From the NCBI GenBank assembly GCA_018333655.1, contig JAGXTJ010000055.1, positions 103,659 through 167,658 of the forward strand: a stretch of 64,000 nt of DNA, in the 5' to 3' direction. The position numbers and the translations under genes were made by a program. Shown here piece by piece: positions 29,353 to 38,418 of the stretch (position 1 is its first letter; each line of letters starts with the position of its first letter). Below the pieces are notes generated by a model. The model made no database searches and was not told the origin of the DNA. It saw only the letters and a list, made by a program, of their open reading frames with translations. Source of the DNA: Bacillota bacterium (lineage in GTDB: Bacteria > Bacillota > UBA994).

Positions 29353-30444
29353 TTACACCCGCTCTATTAAGACCAGCATCTTACCACCGCAGGCTAAACC
29401 TTCGTCTTCCATCACCGGGCCTGTCATATCGATGGCATACCACTCCGGGCAGCCATCTGCTATGACTGTTAGAGCCTTACGGCGCACGTCGGCCTCTACA
29501 CAGCCCCCGCCAATCGTACCCACTGTCCTACCGTCAGGATAGATGAGCATCTGCGCCCCTGCCTTACGCGGTGCAGACCCCCATGTACTGACGATGGTGG
29601 CTACTGCGAGAGGCGTGGCTTGGTCTTCCTTCGTAACTGCTTGTACCACCGCCAGATCAGCGGCACATCCCCCTGCCCACGGGGCTATCGACCGCGAGGG
29701 ACGATTCTTGAGGCTAGTAATCTCAGCCAGAATACTAACGGCGATTTCGGCAGGTGTCTCAGCATTGATTTCTAACCCAATAGGGGCGTAGAGAGCAGCC
29801 ACTCTTTCGTTAGCGAAGCCCTCAGCGAGGAACACTTCGCGCATTTCACGCACCCTGCGGCGACTACCGATCATGCCAAGGTAAGCAATGTTTGCCAGGA
29901 TAAGTTGACGCACGCACATGGCATCATGGCGATGCCCGCGCGTGACGACCACGGCGTAAGTTTGGCGAGTCAAGATGAGGGAGGCGAGTGCTTGGTCAAA
30001 CGGCCCGCAAATCACCTCTGCCGCCTCGGGGAAACGCGCAGCGTTAGCAAAGAAAGGGCGGTCATCAATGACCGTGACTACAAAGTCGAGCAAGGCTGCC
30101 ATCTTAACGAGAGGCTGCGAAATATGACCGCCCCCACAGACAATGAGCCGCGCTGGTGGTGAATACACTATGGCCACATAGGTGTCGGTATCGCCAGGAG
30201 CAAGTTGAAACTGCACCACAAGCTGTGGAGCGCGTGCCTGCGACAAGAGCGCACTGCGCGTCTTAGTCTCTAAGGGGGGCAGCACAGCGTCCCCGAAAGT
30301 AGTGCCGAGCAGCTCTAAGGTGACTTCCTTGGCGCTACCGGATAGAGAATAAAGTGCTCTCTGCCGCGCCGAACTGACCAGCACGGCAGATTTCCCCTGC
30401 CTAAGCTGCTCCCACAAGGCTCCGTAAATCTCCCTGTCAGTCAT
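29353..30444 (-). CDS. xdhC: XdhC/CoxI family maturation factor
   Basis: GGGHIS, TRGHRHD, YLGMIGSRRR, APIGL.I.AETPAEIA, GSAPRKAGA, GTIGGGCVE, GLACGG. Confidence 0.92.
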   Translation of the reverse strand: MTDREIYGALWEQLRQGKSAVLVSSARQRALYSLSGSAKEVTLELLGTTFGDAVLPPLETKTRSALLSQARAPQLVVQFQLAPGDTDTYVAIVYSPPARLIVCGGGHISQPLVKMAALLDFVVTVIDDRPFFANAARFPEAAEVICGPFDQALASLILTRQTYAVVVTRGHRHDAMCVRQLILANIAYLGMIGSRRRVREMREVFLAEGFANERVAALYAPIGLEINAETPAEIAVSILAEITSLKNRPSRSIAPWAGGCAADLAVVQAVTKEDQATPLAVATIVSTWGSAPRKAGAQMLIYPDGRTVGTIGGGCVEADVRRKALTVIADGCPEWYAIDMTGPVMEDEGLACGGKMLVLIERV

Positions 30445-31301
30445 GAACGACTACTCTCCTCTCGCTCTTCTAGTTGCTCTAACCACATTACGGCCTCCAG
30501 CACTCCTCCACCAATGGCGCGAGCCTTGTCCGAGATAGTAAAACAGTCTTCATAAGAGGCAGAGGGGTCTATATCACCTATCTTCTGGCCCGCCGCGACC
30601 CATAGACGGGGGAAGAGCAAGCCCCTAATTCTGCCTGCCCATGCGGCGAGCACCTCTTGGTGCACACCATCACGACACACTAGGCCTACCCTCTCTCCAC
30701 AAGCGACTAGGTCGCCGATGCTCTTCTCTGGCCACCACTCCCCGTCGCGCGGTGCGCGCAAGAGCCTTTGCCAACTTGCACCCGCCACGGGAGCCGGGCA
30801 ACCGGTGTTCGCCTCTGCACTACCCGCTAATAGAACGCGCCCTAAGTGATGCCCACGGTTAGTCTCTACTACGGCATGCACATCGACCCCAGCGGTAAAA
30901 CCCGGGCCTAGTGCCACCACTCTTGGCGCTAACCCACGGTGCGTACCGGTGGCCTGCTTGGCCATTATGGCATCTACGACCACCTGTGGCTTTAACGCTT
31001 CTATAGTGTGTGTGGTAGCATCAATAATCAGGGGAATCTGCCCTGCGGACCAATAGCTATGCAAAAAAGCCCACGCGTCCTTAGAATCGGTAGGCAATCT
31101 GTCTTTAACTAGTACGCCACAAAGGTCTTCCACCTGCACCTGCCCACAGTAGCAAGCAGAAGCCAAAGATACCGTCCGCCTAACTACCGTAGGCAATTCT
31201 TGCTCTAGCAGGAGGAGCCCAAAACCTGCCCGCCACAGCCTCTGGGCAACACCTGTGGCGAGGTCACCTGCACCGCGTATGACGACAAGTGGCTTTTTCA
31301 A
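30441..31301 (-). CDS. yqeB: YqeB, selenium-dependent molybdenum hydroxylase system protein
   Basis: RGAGDLATGV, VRRTVS, ETNRGHHLG, KIGDIDP, ISDKARAIGGGVLEAV. Confidence 0.92.
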   Translation of the reverse strand: MKKPLVVIRGAGDLATGVAQRLWRAGFGLLLLEQELPTVVRRTVSLASACYCGQVQVEDLCGVLVKDRLPTDSKDAWAFLHSYWSAGQIPLIIDATTHTIEALKPQVVVDAIMAKQATGTHRGLAPRVVALGPGFTAGVDVHAVVETNRGHHLGRVLLAGSAEANTGCPAPVAGASWQRLLRAPRDGEWWPEKSIGDLVACGERVGLVCRDGVHQEVLAAWAGRIRGLLFPRLWVAAGQKIGDIDPSASYEDCFTISDKARAIGGGVLEAVMWLEQLEEREESSRS

Positions 31302-32482
31302 ATGGCGCCAACATCCTTAAGCCGCCTAATCTCGGCCTCGCTCAGCCCTAAATCGCGTTCCAGTACCTCGGCCGTGTGCTGCCCAAGCAAGGGCGAGGGC
31401 CTGCGCACCTTGCCCACAGGGGTGCCCGAAAGTTTAATCGGACAGGCTGCCATTTTCAGCTTGCCGGCAAGGGGGTGAACTACTTCTTCAATCATCTCAC
31501 GCGCCGCCACCTGCGGGTCAAGCAGCACTTTGTCAATAGCGTTGATGGGACCACAGGGTATTCCCGCCCCGTCAAGCAGGGCGAGCCACTCTTTTGCCGG
31601 GCGTAGGGCGAAAATGTCCCCGAGTAGCGTTTCGAGTACCCCCCAGTTTTGACACCGCCCCGCGTTCGTGCTAAAGCGTGCATCAGCAATTAGCTCCTGC
31701 CTACCTACTAGGCGACAAAACTGCGCCCACAAATTATCATTACCGATGGCTATGACGAAAGGCTCGTCCGCGCCCTGCACGGTGGTGAAAGGCGCGATAG
31801 AGGGATGCCTGTTGCCAATGCGACTAGGCACCACACCGCTCACTTCGTACCGCGTAATGGCGTTCTCTAGAACAGCCACCTGTGAATCTAGCATGGCGAC
31901 ATCGACCATTTGGCCTAGCCCCGTAACATGGCGATGACTGAGTGCTGCCAAAATACCGATCGCGGCAAATAGCGCCGCGTTTATGTCGCCGATAGACGCA
32001 CCCACCCGCGTGGGAGGACCCTCGGGCGTACCGGTGATACTCATGATGCCACCCATGCCCTGCACCACTACGTCGTAAGCCGCTTTATGCATGTAAGGCC
32101 CCGAATGACCAAAGCCCGAAATGGCGGCATAGATCAGCCGCGGGTTTATCTGTCGCAAGACATCGTAACCTAGCCCTAGCTTCTCCATCGTCCCCGGGCG
32201 AAAGTTCTCGACCAAGATATCGTACTGCCCGATCATTTGTCTGAATATGTCTTGTGCTTCAGGCAATTTGAGGTTTAGAGTTATGCTCTGCTTATTGCGA
32301 TTAATGCTCATAAAGTAGGCGCTTTCCGTGCCCAAAAATGGCCCAAATGCTCGCGCGTCGTCGCCAACGTCAGGCATCTCTACTTTGACCACCTCGGCAC
32401 CTAAATCAGCCAAAAGCATGGTGCAATATGGCCCTGCCAGCACCCGCGATAAGTCGAGAACCTTAATCCCCTCTAATGTCAT
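31298..32482 (-). CDS. CaiB/BaiF (class III) CoA-transferase
   Basis: LEGIKVLDLSRVLAGPYC, NRNKQS, VENFRPG, PLLGQHT; start MTLEG. Confidence 0.93.
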   Translation of the reverse strand: MTLEGIKVLDLSRVLAGPYCTMLLADLGAEVVKVEMPDVGDDARAFGPFLGTESAYFMSINRNKQSITLNLKLPEAQDIFRQMIGQYDILVENFRPGTMEKLGLGYDVLRQINPRLIYAAISGFGHSGPYMHKAAYDVVVQGMGGIMSITGTPEGPPTRVGASIGDINAALFAAIGILAALSHRHVTGLGQMVDVAMLDSQVAVLENAITRYEVSGVVPSRIGNRHPSIAPFTTVQGADEPFVIAIGNDNLWAQFCRLVGRQELIADARFSTNAGRCQNWGVLETLLGDIFALRPAKEWLALLDGAGIPCGPINAIDKVLLDPQVAAREMIEEVVHPLAGKLKMAACPIKLSGTPVGKVRRPSPLLGQHTAEVLERDLGLSEAEIRRLKDVGAI

Positions 32483-32642
32483 AGCGCACATCAGGCGTTC
32501 CGCCTCCCCTCAAATTCTAATGCTGAACTATTCTAACAATTTATCTTGCCCGCTGCCTACTGTCAATTGTTATCAAAACTTAGGCGCCTTGCCGCTACTT
32601 GTATCGCCGCCTGCACGACACAAGGGGCATCTCCAGGCCTTG

Positions 32643-33818
32643 CTAAAAGTAATCCAAAAAGGCACAGGGTTTCTTGGGCACTAGGGTCTGCAGGGTTTCT
32701 AAGGCTCGCTTGCTACCGCGAATCAAGCCGCTTTCATGCAGAAATTCCGGCCGCTGACTGCCCAAAAAGGCAGCGGTAAAGGCGTTGATGTCCATAGACA
32801 GACCATCAGCATGCTGACAGGCGGTCTCAAGCGTTGCCGCTTCTTGTGCCGAGTACGTGACCCCTTGCGGCGAAATCGTAAAGAGTGCGTTGTTACAGTG
32901 GACACTCGTATCACGCACGCCCAAAGTCAAGTTCACGTGCTTTTGTGCTAGGTACTGCTCCAAAAACTCTTTCACCATGACCACCTTGCCCATAAAATCC
33001 GGCATAATCTCCATTTTAGCTGCCGGATTGCGCCAGAGAAATGGCATTGATTCAGGGCCAGCGAGAGTGATTTCTACCCTGGTGACCATCGAATCATGAT
33101 TAGCGATGAAGTTCCACAGACCCCGCCGGCTCTCTTCGTCAAGATAGACATACTCGTCAACCTGCAGCATCTCGCCGCTAATTTGATACTGCAAGTAGCC
33201 CCTTGGTTCGCGGGCTTCGTTAAAGTAGATGGCGAAAGTTGTATTGTTGAACTTAGTGTAATGCCACCATTTTTCGGAGCGCACCAGCATGCCACTGTAT
33301 TTCTCGGCGAATTTATGATAGATCAAATTTAGAATGCTAATATTTTCCTCCGAACTTATCCTCTCCACCTGCCCCGGAATACCTTGATAGTGAAAGAGAT
33401 CTTGTCTTGCCACGACAGCCTTCCTCACGTCGTTGATGATTTCATAGCCATAGCGACGATAGAAACTAATGTCAAAGGGATGGAGGTAGCTAAGCACCTG
33501 TCCGCTCTCACGCATGGCCAGCTCTGCCTCGCCTATCAGCCGATGGACTAAGCCCCGCCTCCTGTGTTCGGGATAGGTGGAAATGCTAGCCACACCACCC
33601 ATGCGGTAATCCTGCCCCTCTAGGCGTACTGCCAAGGGAATGACGTGGAGCTTAGCTACCATCTCCCCCTGGAAGTAGGCCCCCAAAATACGATGATCCT
33701 CCATGAAACGCGCCCGCGCTTGCCGCTTCTCGCCCTCCAGAACATACTTAAACGAGTATTCTGATAATTTAATGGCATCATCAAATTCGCTCTGACCGAT
33801 GCTTCTTACTTCATACAC
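32643..33818 (-). CDS. Eis-like GNAT acetyltransferase
   Basis: MGGVASISTYPEHRRRG, LHPF..FYRRYGY, C-terminal DYF. Confidence 0.88.
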   Translation of the reverse strand: MYEVRSIGQSEFDDAIKLSEYSFKYVLEGEKRQARARFMEDHRILGAYFQGEMVAKLHVIPLAVRLEGQDYRMGGVASISTYPEHRRRGLVHRLIGEAELAMRESGQVLSYLHPFDISFYRRYGYEIINDVRKAVVARQDLFHYQGIPGQVERISSEENISILNLIYHKFAEKYSGMLVRSEKWWHYTKFNNTTFAIYFNEAREPRGYLQYQISGEMLQVDEYVYLDEESRRGLWNFIANHDSMVTRVEITLAGPESMPFLWRNPAAKMEIMPDFMGKVVMVKEFLEQYLAQKHVNLTLGVRDTSVHCNNALFTISPQGVTYSAQEAATLETACQHADGLSMDINAFTAAFLGSQRPEFLHESGLIRGSKRALETLQTLVPKKPCAFLDYF

Positions 33819-33929
33819 CGCTTCTCCACGCTCGCTCTCAAATCATACTTTTCTAAATCCCAACTCAATTCTATCATCTTCATATTAACATGAGCAGTAG
33901 CCGCAGGTGAATGATATTGCACGACCTGA

Positions 33930-33971
33930 GCAAGAAGCAAGAGGCAAGAGAGAAGACGCAAGAGAGAAGAA
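33930..33971 (+). repeat. Six degenerate tandem heptamers
   Basis: GCAAGAA GCAAGAG GCAAGAG AGAAGAC GCAAGAG AGAAGAA. Confidence 0.7.
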
Positions 33972-33981
33972 GTAACGCCTA

Positions 33982-34049
33982 TTGCGACAGCGGGGATGGT
34001 TCTTTTTGTCGCAAAATGCCGACAAAAAGAACCATCCCCGCTGTCGCAA
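33982..34049. repeat. Perfect 30-bp inverted repeat made of two REP-like units
   Basis: TTGCGACAGCGGGGATGGTTCTTTTTGTCG -8 nt- CGACAAAAAGAACCATCCCCGCTGTCGCAA. Confidence 0.9.
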
Positions 34050-34080
34050 CGTCTCCGCTATAGAAGGGCACCTGCCTAAG

Positions 34081-34860
34081 CTAGTAGTGCCCTAGCAACC
34101 CCTTGCTACGGGCTATGCGTTCACTGACGCCGAAAAGCAGCACGCCTAGCCCTAAGTAAAATACTCCCACACCGACCAAGGTCACGAGGTGGACGGACTC
34201 TAATTCCCACAGGCGCTTGCCATGAATCATAACCTCGCGCAGCAGGAAGTTGGCCATAGAAAGGGGCAAGAAGCGAGCCCAGGGGAACTGTGCCCACGGC
34301 ACAGTGAGAAAGGCCAAGAAAACGAATTGAAAAATGGAGAAAAAGGCTTGTATGCGCTTGTAAACGAGGGCTAAGCCCCCCACGGCAAAACCGACGCCGT
34401 AGGCCGACATCAATGCGAGGGCAAAGATAGGCACAATGCTAACTAAATCGATGTGGAGCTCTTTTCCCGTGCTAACTAAGAGCAGCCCCAACATAATCGC
34501 TGCGTAGCCAAACTGTAGTACCAAGTTGCAGAGCAGGCTGTAGGCATTAAGCAGACTAAAACCAAAGGGAGAAATATATAGTTGCTCTAGCGTTCCTACT
34601 TGCGCTTGGGCATTTAAGTCCCAGGAAAGCTCACTGTAGGCCATGATCGACAGCGTCCACAAAAGGTAGCCGACGAGCATGCCCTCTAGAGTGTTCCCTG
34701 CGGCTAGTGCTGCGCCGCCTAAGTGCTGCGCTCCAAAAAACAGGATCATGAACATGGCATACATGGACACGATCATCGAGAGCGTGTTAAAGGCATAGCG
34801 CTTAAGCTCAATAATATTGCGGTAGAGAATCACTCTAAAGGCTACGAGGTGCCGTTGCAT
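34081..34860 (-). CDS. ABC-2 type permease
   Basis: About 6 TM; GTLEQLYISP; C-terminal G.LGHY; overlaps the ATPase gene. Confidence 0.85.
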   Translation of the reverse strand: MQRHLVAFRVILYRNIIELKRYAFNTLSMIVSMYAMFMILFFGAQHLGGAALAAGNTLEGMLVGYLLWTLSIMAYSELSWDLNAQAQVGTLEQLYISPFGFSLLNAYSLLCNLVLQFGYAAIMLGLLLVSTGKELHIDLVSIVPIFALALMSAYGVGFAVGGLALVYKRIQAFFSIFQFVFLAFLTVPWAQFPWARFLPLSMANFLLREVMIHGKRLWELESVHLVTLVGVGVFYLGLGVLLFGVSERIARSKGLLGHY

Positions 34861-35807
34861 TTCTCGCGCTCCTTTCTCACTAAGGATAAAAAGGCCCGTT
34901 CTAGATCTACTTCCTGCTGATTTATTGTTTCTACGGCTAACTGCTGTGCCCGCAGGAAATCCATTAAGTCATACAACATCTTGGCCTGTGGGAGATTTAC
35001 GAAGAGGGTTGACTGCCTATCTTCAACTTTAAGGTCAACATTGCCAAAAGAATGCCGCAGTGCCTGTTCGGCTTCTTCGGCCAGAATACCGTCTAGCACC
35101 AACCTGTAGGTACGGCTGCGCAAGACGGCCAAAAGATCGGCAATCTTATCGTCGGCGATGATGCGCCCACCCGACATAATGATGACACGCTGACAAATGT
35201 CTTGAATTACGGCCATGTCATGGCTACTAACGACTAGCGTACGCCCTTCGTCAGCGGCTAAGCGCTTAAGGGTCTCACGCAGTTCATAAGAGGTCTCAAT
35301 GTCTAGCCCTACGGTAGGTTCGTCGAGGAACACGAGTGGTGTTTTCTTGGCGAGAACAGCGCAGATGGCTACCTTCTGTTTCATACCCTGAGAGAGTTGT
35401 CGCACCTCGGTGTGGCGCTTATCGGACAACCTAAACTGGTCTACTAAGTGGGCAAAGTAGTCCTTCTCCCGCTGCACAGAGACTCCATGTATGCCCGCGA
35501 AAAAGACTATGTTTTCCCATGTCGTCATGCGCCAGTAAATGTTACGGCTGCCCTCAAGCACCGCTGCCACCCGCGAAAGGGCCGCGCCCGGATGGGTGAA
35601 AGGGTCGTAACCCCCGACGGAGATCTTTCCGGCAGTGGGCAGCATAATACCCAGCACAGACTTAATGGTCGTAGTCTTACCGGCCCCGTTTGGACCAAGC
35701 AGTCCAACCACCTCCCCAGTGCTAACTGAAAAGGTAATGTCGTCAACTGCCTTGACCTCTTTCTTGCCACTGACAAAAACTTTGCTCAAATGGCTGACTG
35801 CTAGCAA
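34842..35807 (-). CDS. ABC transporter ATP-binding protein
   Basis: GPNGAGKTT, LSQGMKQ, FLDEPT; true start TTG 35807 after GGGGAGGA (ORF track extends spuriously into psuK). Confidence 0.9.
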   Translation of the reverse strand: MLAVSHLSKVFVSGKKEVKAVDDITFSVSTGEVVGLLGPNGAGKTTTIKSVLGIMLPTAGKISVGGYDPFTHPGAALSRVAAVLEGSRNIYWRMTTWENIVFFAGIHGVSVQREKDYFAHLVDQFRLSDKRHTEVRQLSQGMKQKVAICAVLAKKTPLVFLDEPTVGLDIETSYELRETLKRLAADEGRTLVVSSHDMAVIQDICQRVIIMSGGRIIADDKIADLLAVLRSRTYRLVLDGILAEEAEQALRHSFGNVDLKVEDRQSTLFVNLPQAKMLYDLMDFLRAQQLAVETINQQEVDLERAFLSLVRKEREKCNGTS

Positions 35808-35907
35808 ATCTTCATCCTCCCCATAGTCCACGGCCCTACTGCCAGACCGCGAAGCCCTAACATCTTTGTACGTGCGCTGACAGAACAAGTTTCCTGGCTT
35901 GCTCACC

Positions 35908-35937
35908 TTGACAAGCTTACGAGAGCAGACATACAAT
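35908..35937 (+). promoter_or_regulatory. SigA-type promoter for psuK-psuG
   Basis: TTGACA-18 nt-TACAAT upstream of the AAGGAGG SD. Confidence 0.6.
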
Positions 35938-35990
35938 CCATCATAAGCTAATCTAGACAAGTCACTTGCCAAGAAAGGAGGTAGCCTAGC

Positions 35991-36968
35991 ATGCCCATGT
36001 CGCGACCAGACCCTTATGTAGTGGTTATCGGCGGTGCAGCCATCGATATTACCGGCTTCCCGCGGGGGCCTTTTCACCTCGGCGACTCAAACCCCGGGCG
36101 CATAAGTACGGCGTCGGGAGGCGTGGGCCGCAACATCGCGGAGAACCTCGCTCGCCTCGGCATCCCTGTTAAAATGTTAACTGCTCTAGGTGATGATGAC
36201 CTTGGTCACCGCCTACGTGAAGAGAGCGAAAGAATCGGCATAGACCTTACTCACGCACTTATGCCTAAAGACGAGTGCACGGCTACCTACCTAGCCATTG
36301 TGGACGAAGAGGGAGATATGAAGGCGGCTATCGCCAGCATGGATATCTTCGAGCACATTACCCCCGACTATGTGCGCGGGCACGACAGTCTGCTACGCAG
36401 TGCGGCGGCCATTGTCGTAGACGCTAATCTCAGCCAGCCCGTACTGACAATGATTGCCGAGGAGTATGGCGACTGCCCACTATTCGTGGACACTGTTTCT
36501 TCAAGTAAAGCCGCGAAACTAAAGCCTGTGCTGGGGGCCTTTCACACCATAAAACCAAACAGGTACGAGGCGGAGTTTCTTTCCGGCCAAGGCATCCATA
36601 CTGCAGACGACCTCTTAGCCGTAAAGAATTGGTTTATCACGCAGGGTGTCAAACGGGTATTCATCAGTCTAGGGCCAGGCGGTGTAGTGTATGGCGACGA
36701 GCTGACCTACGCCCAAATTAGCCCTGCCCCTCTCAAAATGGTAAACTCCACTGGCGCCGGAGACGCCTTTATGGCCGGACTAGTATACGGATACCTGCAC
36801 AATTACACACTTGAGGCCACCGCCCTGTTCGCACAGGCCATGGCCGCCTTGACAGCGCGCTCACCTAGAACCGTACACCCCGAGATGTCATTAACACGCG
36901 TGCAGAGTATGCTACCAAGCGAAAATCCCCTAGGAGAAGAGAGGAGTAATACTAATGCTCATGCATAA
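35991..36968 (+). CDS. psuK: PfkB-family kinase, probable pseudouridine kinase
   Basis: DSNPG..GGVGRNIAENLARLG, IKPNRYEAE, NSTGAGDAF; overlaps psuG. Confidence 0.85.
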   Translation: MPMSRPDPYVVVIGGAAIDITGFPRGPFHLGDSNPGRISTASGGVGRNIAENLARLGIPVKMLTALGDDDLGHRLREESERIGIDLTHALMPKDECTATYLAIVDEEGDMKAAIASMDIFEHITPDYVRGHDSLLRSAAAIVVDANLSQPVLTMIAEEYGDCPLFVDTVSSSKAAKLKPVLGAFHTIKPNRYEAEFLSGQGIHTADDLLAVKNWFITQGVKRVFISLGPGGVVYGDELTYAQISPAPLKMVNSTGAGDAFMAGLVYGYLHNYTLEATALFAQAMAALTARSPRTVHPEMSLTRVQSMLPSENPLGEERSNTNAHA

Positions 36969-38394
36969 ACACTTAGATCTCAGCCCGGAAGTGCAAGCTG
37001 CCCTAGCGGCAGGCAGGCCTGTGGTCGCTTTAGAGAGTACGATAATTTCTCACGGCATGCCTTTCCCGCACAATGTAGAAACTGCCCGGCGCGTGGAGGA
37101 CATAGTGCGCTCTGGCGGCGCTGTCCCCGCAACCTGCGCTGTTGTCAAGGGCCGACTGAAGGCCGGCCTGACGGAAGAAGAAATGCTGCATCTCGCTCAA
37201 TCTAATTCTGTGATCAAAGCCTCACGGCGCGACCTACCCTACCTCATCGCGGAGGGCCTAGACGGGGCTACGACTGTGGCCTCGACGATGATTATCGCTG
37301 CCCTCGCTGGTATACAGGTTTTTGTTACCGGCGGCATTGGGGGCGTACACCGCGGTGCGACGGAGACTTTTGATATTTCGGCAGACTTGGCAGAATTAGC
37401 ACAGACAAATGTAGTTGTTGTCTGCGCCGGCTGCAAATCAATTTTAGACATCGGGCTGACCCTAGAATACTTAGAGACACAGGGGGTGCCTGTACTCGGC
37501 TACCAAACACCCGACTTCCCTGCCTTTTACACCAGGAAGAGCGGCTTTGCCGTTGATTACATGGCCGAAAGCGCTCTAGCAGTTGCCAAGACGGCGCAAG
37601 CGAAATGGGAGCTAGGGCTACAAGGCGGTATTGTCGTGGCCAACCCCATTCCCGCAGAATTTGCCATGGACGAGGCGGAAATAGCGCGGGCTATCGACAG
37701 CGCGCTACGCGAAGCAGAGGTGCGTGGCATAAGGGGCAAAGAAGCCACCCCCTTCTTACTCTCCCAAGTCACTGAAGTCACGGGTGGCCAGAGCCTTAAC
37801 GCAAATATGGAGTTAATCTACAACAATGCCGCGGTCGGTGCCCAAATTGCCGCCGAACTGGCCGCACTGCGCTTTCCGCGACAAAAAGAACCGTCCCTTT
37901 TGTCGGATGTTGAGGCCTTTATCGAGATACCCAAGGGTAGCACCAACAAGTATGAATTCTCTACCGAGCGCAATATGTTCTTCCTCGACCGAGCACTATT
38001 CTCGCCCATGCATTATCCCGCAGAGTACGGCTTCATCCCTGAAACATTGGCTGACGATGGGGACCCTATGGATATCATGGTGCTGATGATGAACTCTACT
38101 TTCCCGGGCTGTGTAATCAGAGCACGCGTTATCGGCATGTTTCTCATGGAGGACGATAAGGGTACCGATGTAAAAGTAATAAGCGTCCCCGTCAATGATC
38201 CCCGATTCACCGAAATGACCGATATTTCTCACATGGGTTCTCATCTTAAAAAAGAGTTTGAGCACTTTTTCTCACAGTACAAACAACTAGAGGGCAAGGC
38301 CGTCACCGTGCATGGCTGGGCTGACCGTGAGCATGCCATAGCCGAGATTGAGCGAGCCCGCGCCGGATATCTGGAATTTGCCGCACGGCGCTAA
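36955..38394 (+). CDS. psuG: Pseudouridine-5'-phosphate glycosidase fused to family I inorganic pyrophosphatase
   Basis: PsuG: VALESTIISHGMP, TGGIGGVHRG, CAGCKSILD, TPFLL, NNA. From ~37906 PPase: EIPKG..NKYE, DR, YP..YGFIP.TL.DDGDP.D, YKQLEGK. No stop codon between the two. Confidence 0.9.
   Translation: MLMHKHLDLSPEVQAALAAGRPVVALESTIISHGMPFPHNVETARRVEDIVRSGGAVPATCAVVKGRLKAGLTEEEMLHLAQSNSVIKASRRDLPYLIAEGLDGATTVASTMIIAALAGIQVFVTGGIGGVHRGATETFDISADLAELAQTNVVVVCAGCKSILDIGLTLEYLETQGVPVLGYQTPDFPAFYTRKSGFAVDYMAESALAVAKTAQAKWELGLQGGIVVANPIPAEFAMDEAEIARAIDSALREAEVRGIRGKEATPFLLSQVTEVTGGQSLNANMELIYNNAAVGAQIAAELAALRFPRQKEPSLLSDVEAFIEIPKGSTNKYEFSTERNMFFLDRALFSPMHYPAEYGFIPETLADDGDPMDIMVLMMNSTFPGCVIRARVIGMFLMEDDKGTDVKVISVPVNDPRFTEMTDISHMGSHLKKEFEHFFSQYKQLEGKAVTVHGWADREHAIAEIERARAGYLEFAARR
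37878..37905 (+). repeat. REP-like repeat copy inside the psuG-ppa linker
   Basis: GCGACAAAAAGAACCGTCCCTTTTGTCG; stem CGACAAAA/TTTTGTCG. Confidence 0.8.
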
Positions 38395-38418
38395 TTGCGA
38401 CAAAAAGAATCATCCCTT
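38395..38418 (+). repeat. REP-like repeat copy directly after the psuG-ppa stop
   Basis: TTGCGACAAAAAGAATCATCCCTT; 38397-38418 is 20/22 identical to 37878-37899. Confidence 0.75.

Noticed and set aside
33930..34049. CRISPR array or MITE
   Set aside because: No repeat-spacer periodicity, no cas genes, and no internal sequence or evident target-site duplication.
35808..36077. N-terminal extension of the ABC ATPase in the ORF track
   Set aside because: It overlaps the psuK promoter and start; a good SD precedes TTG 35807.
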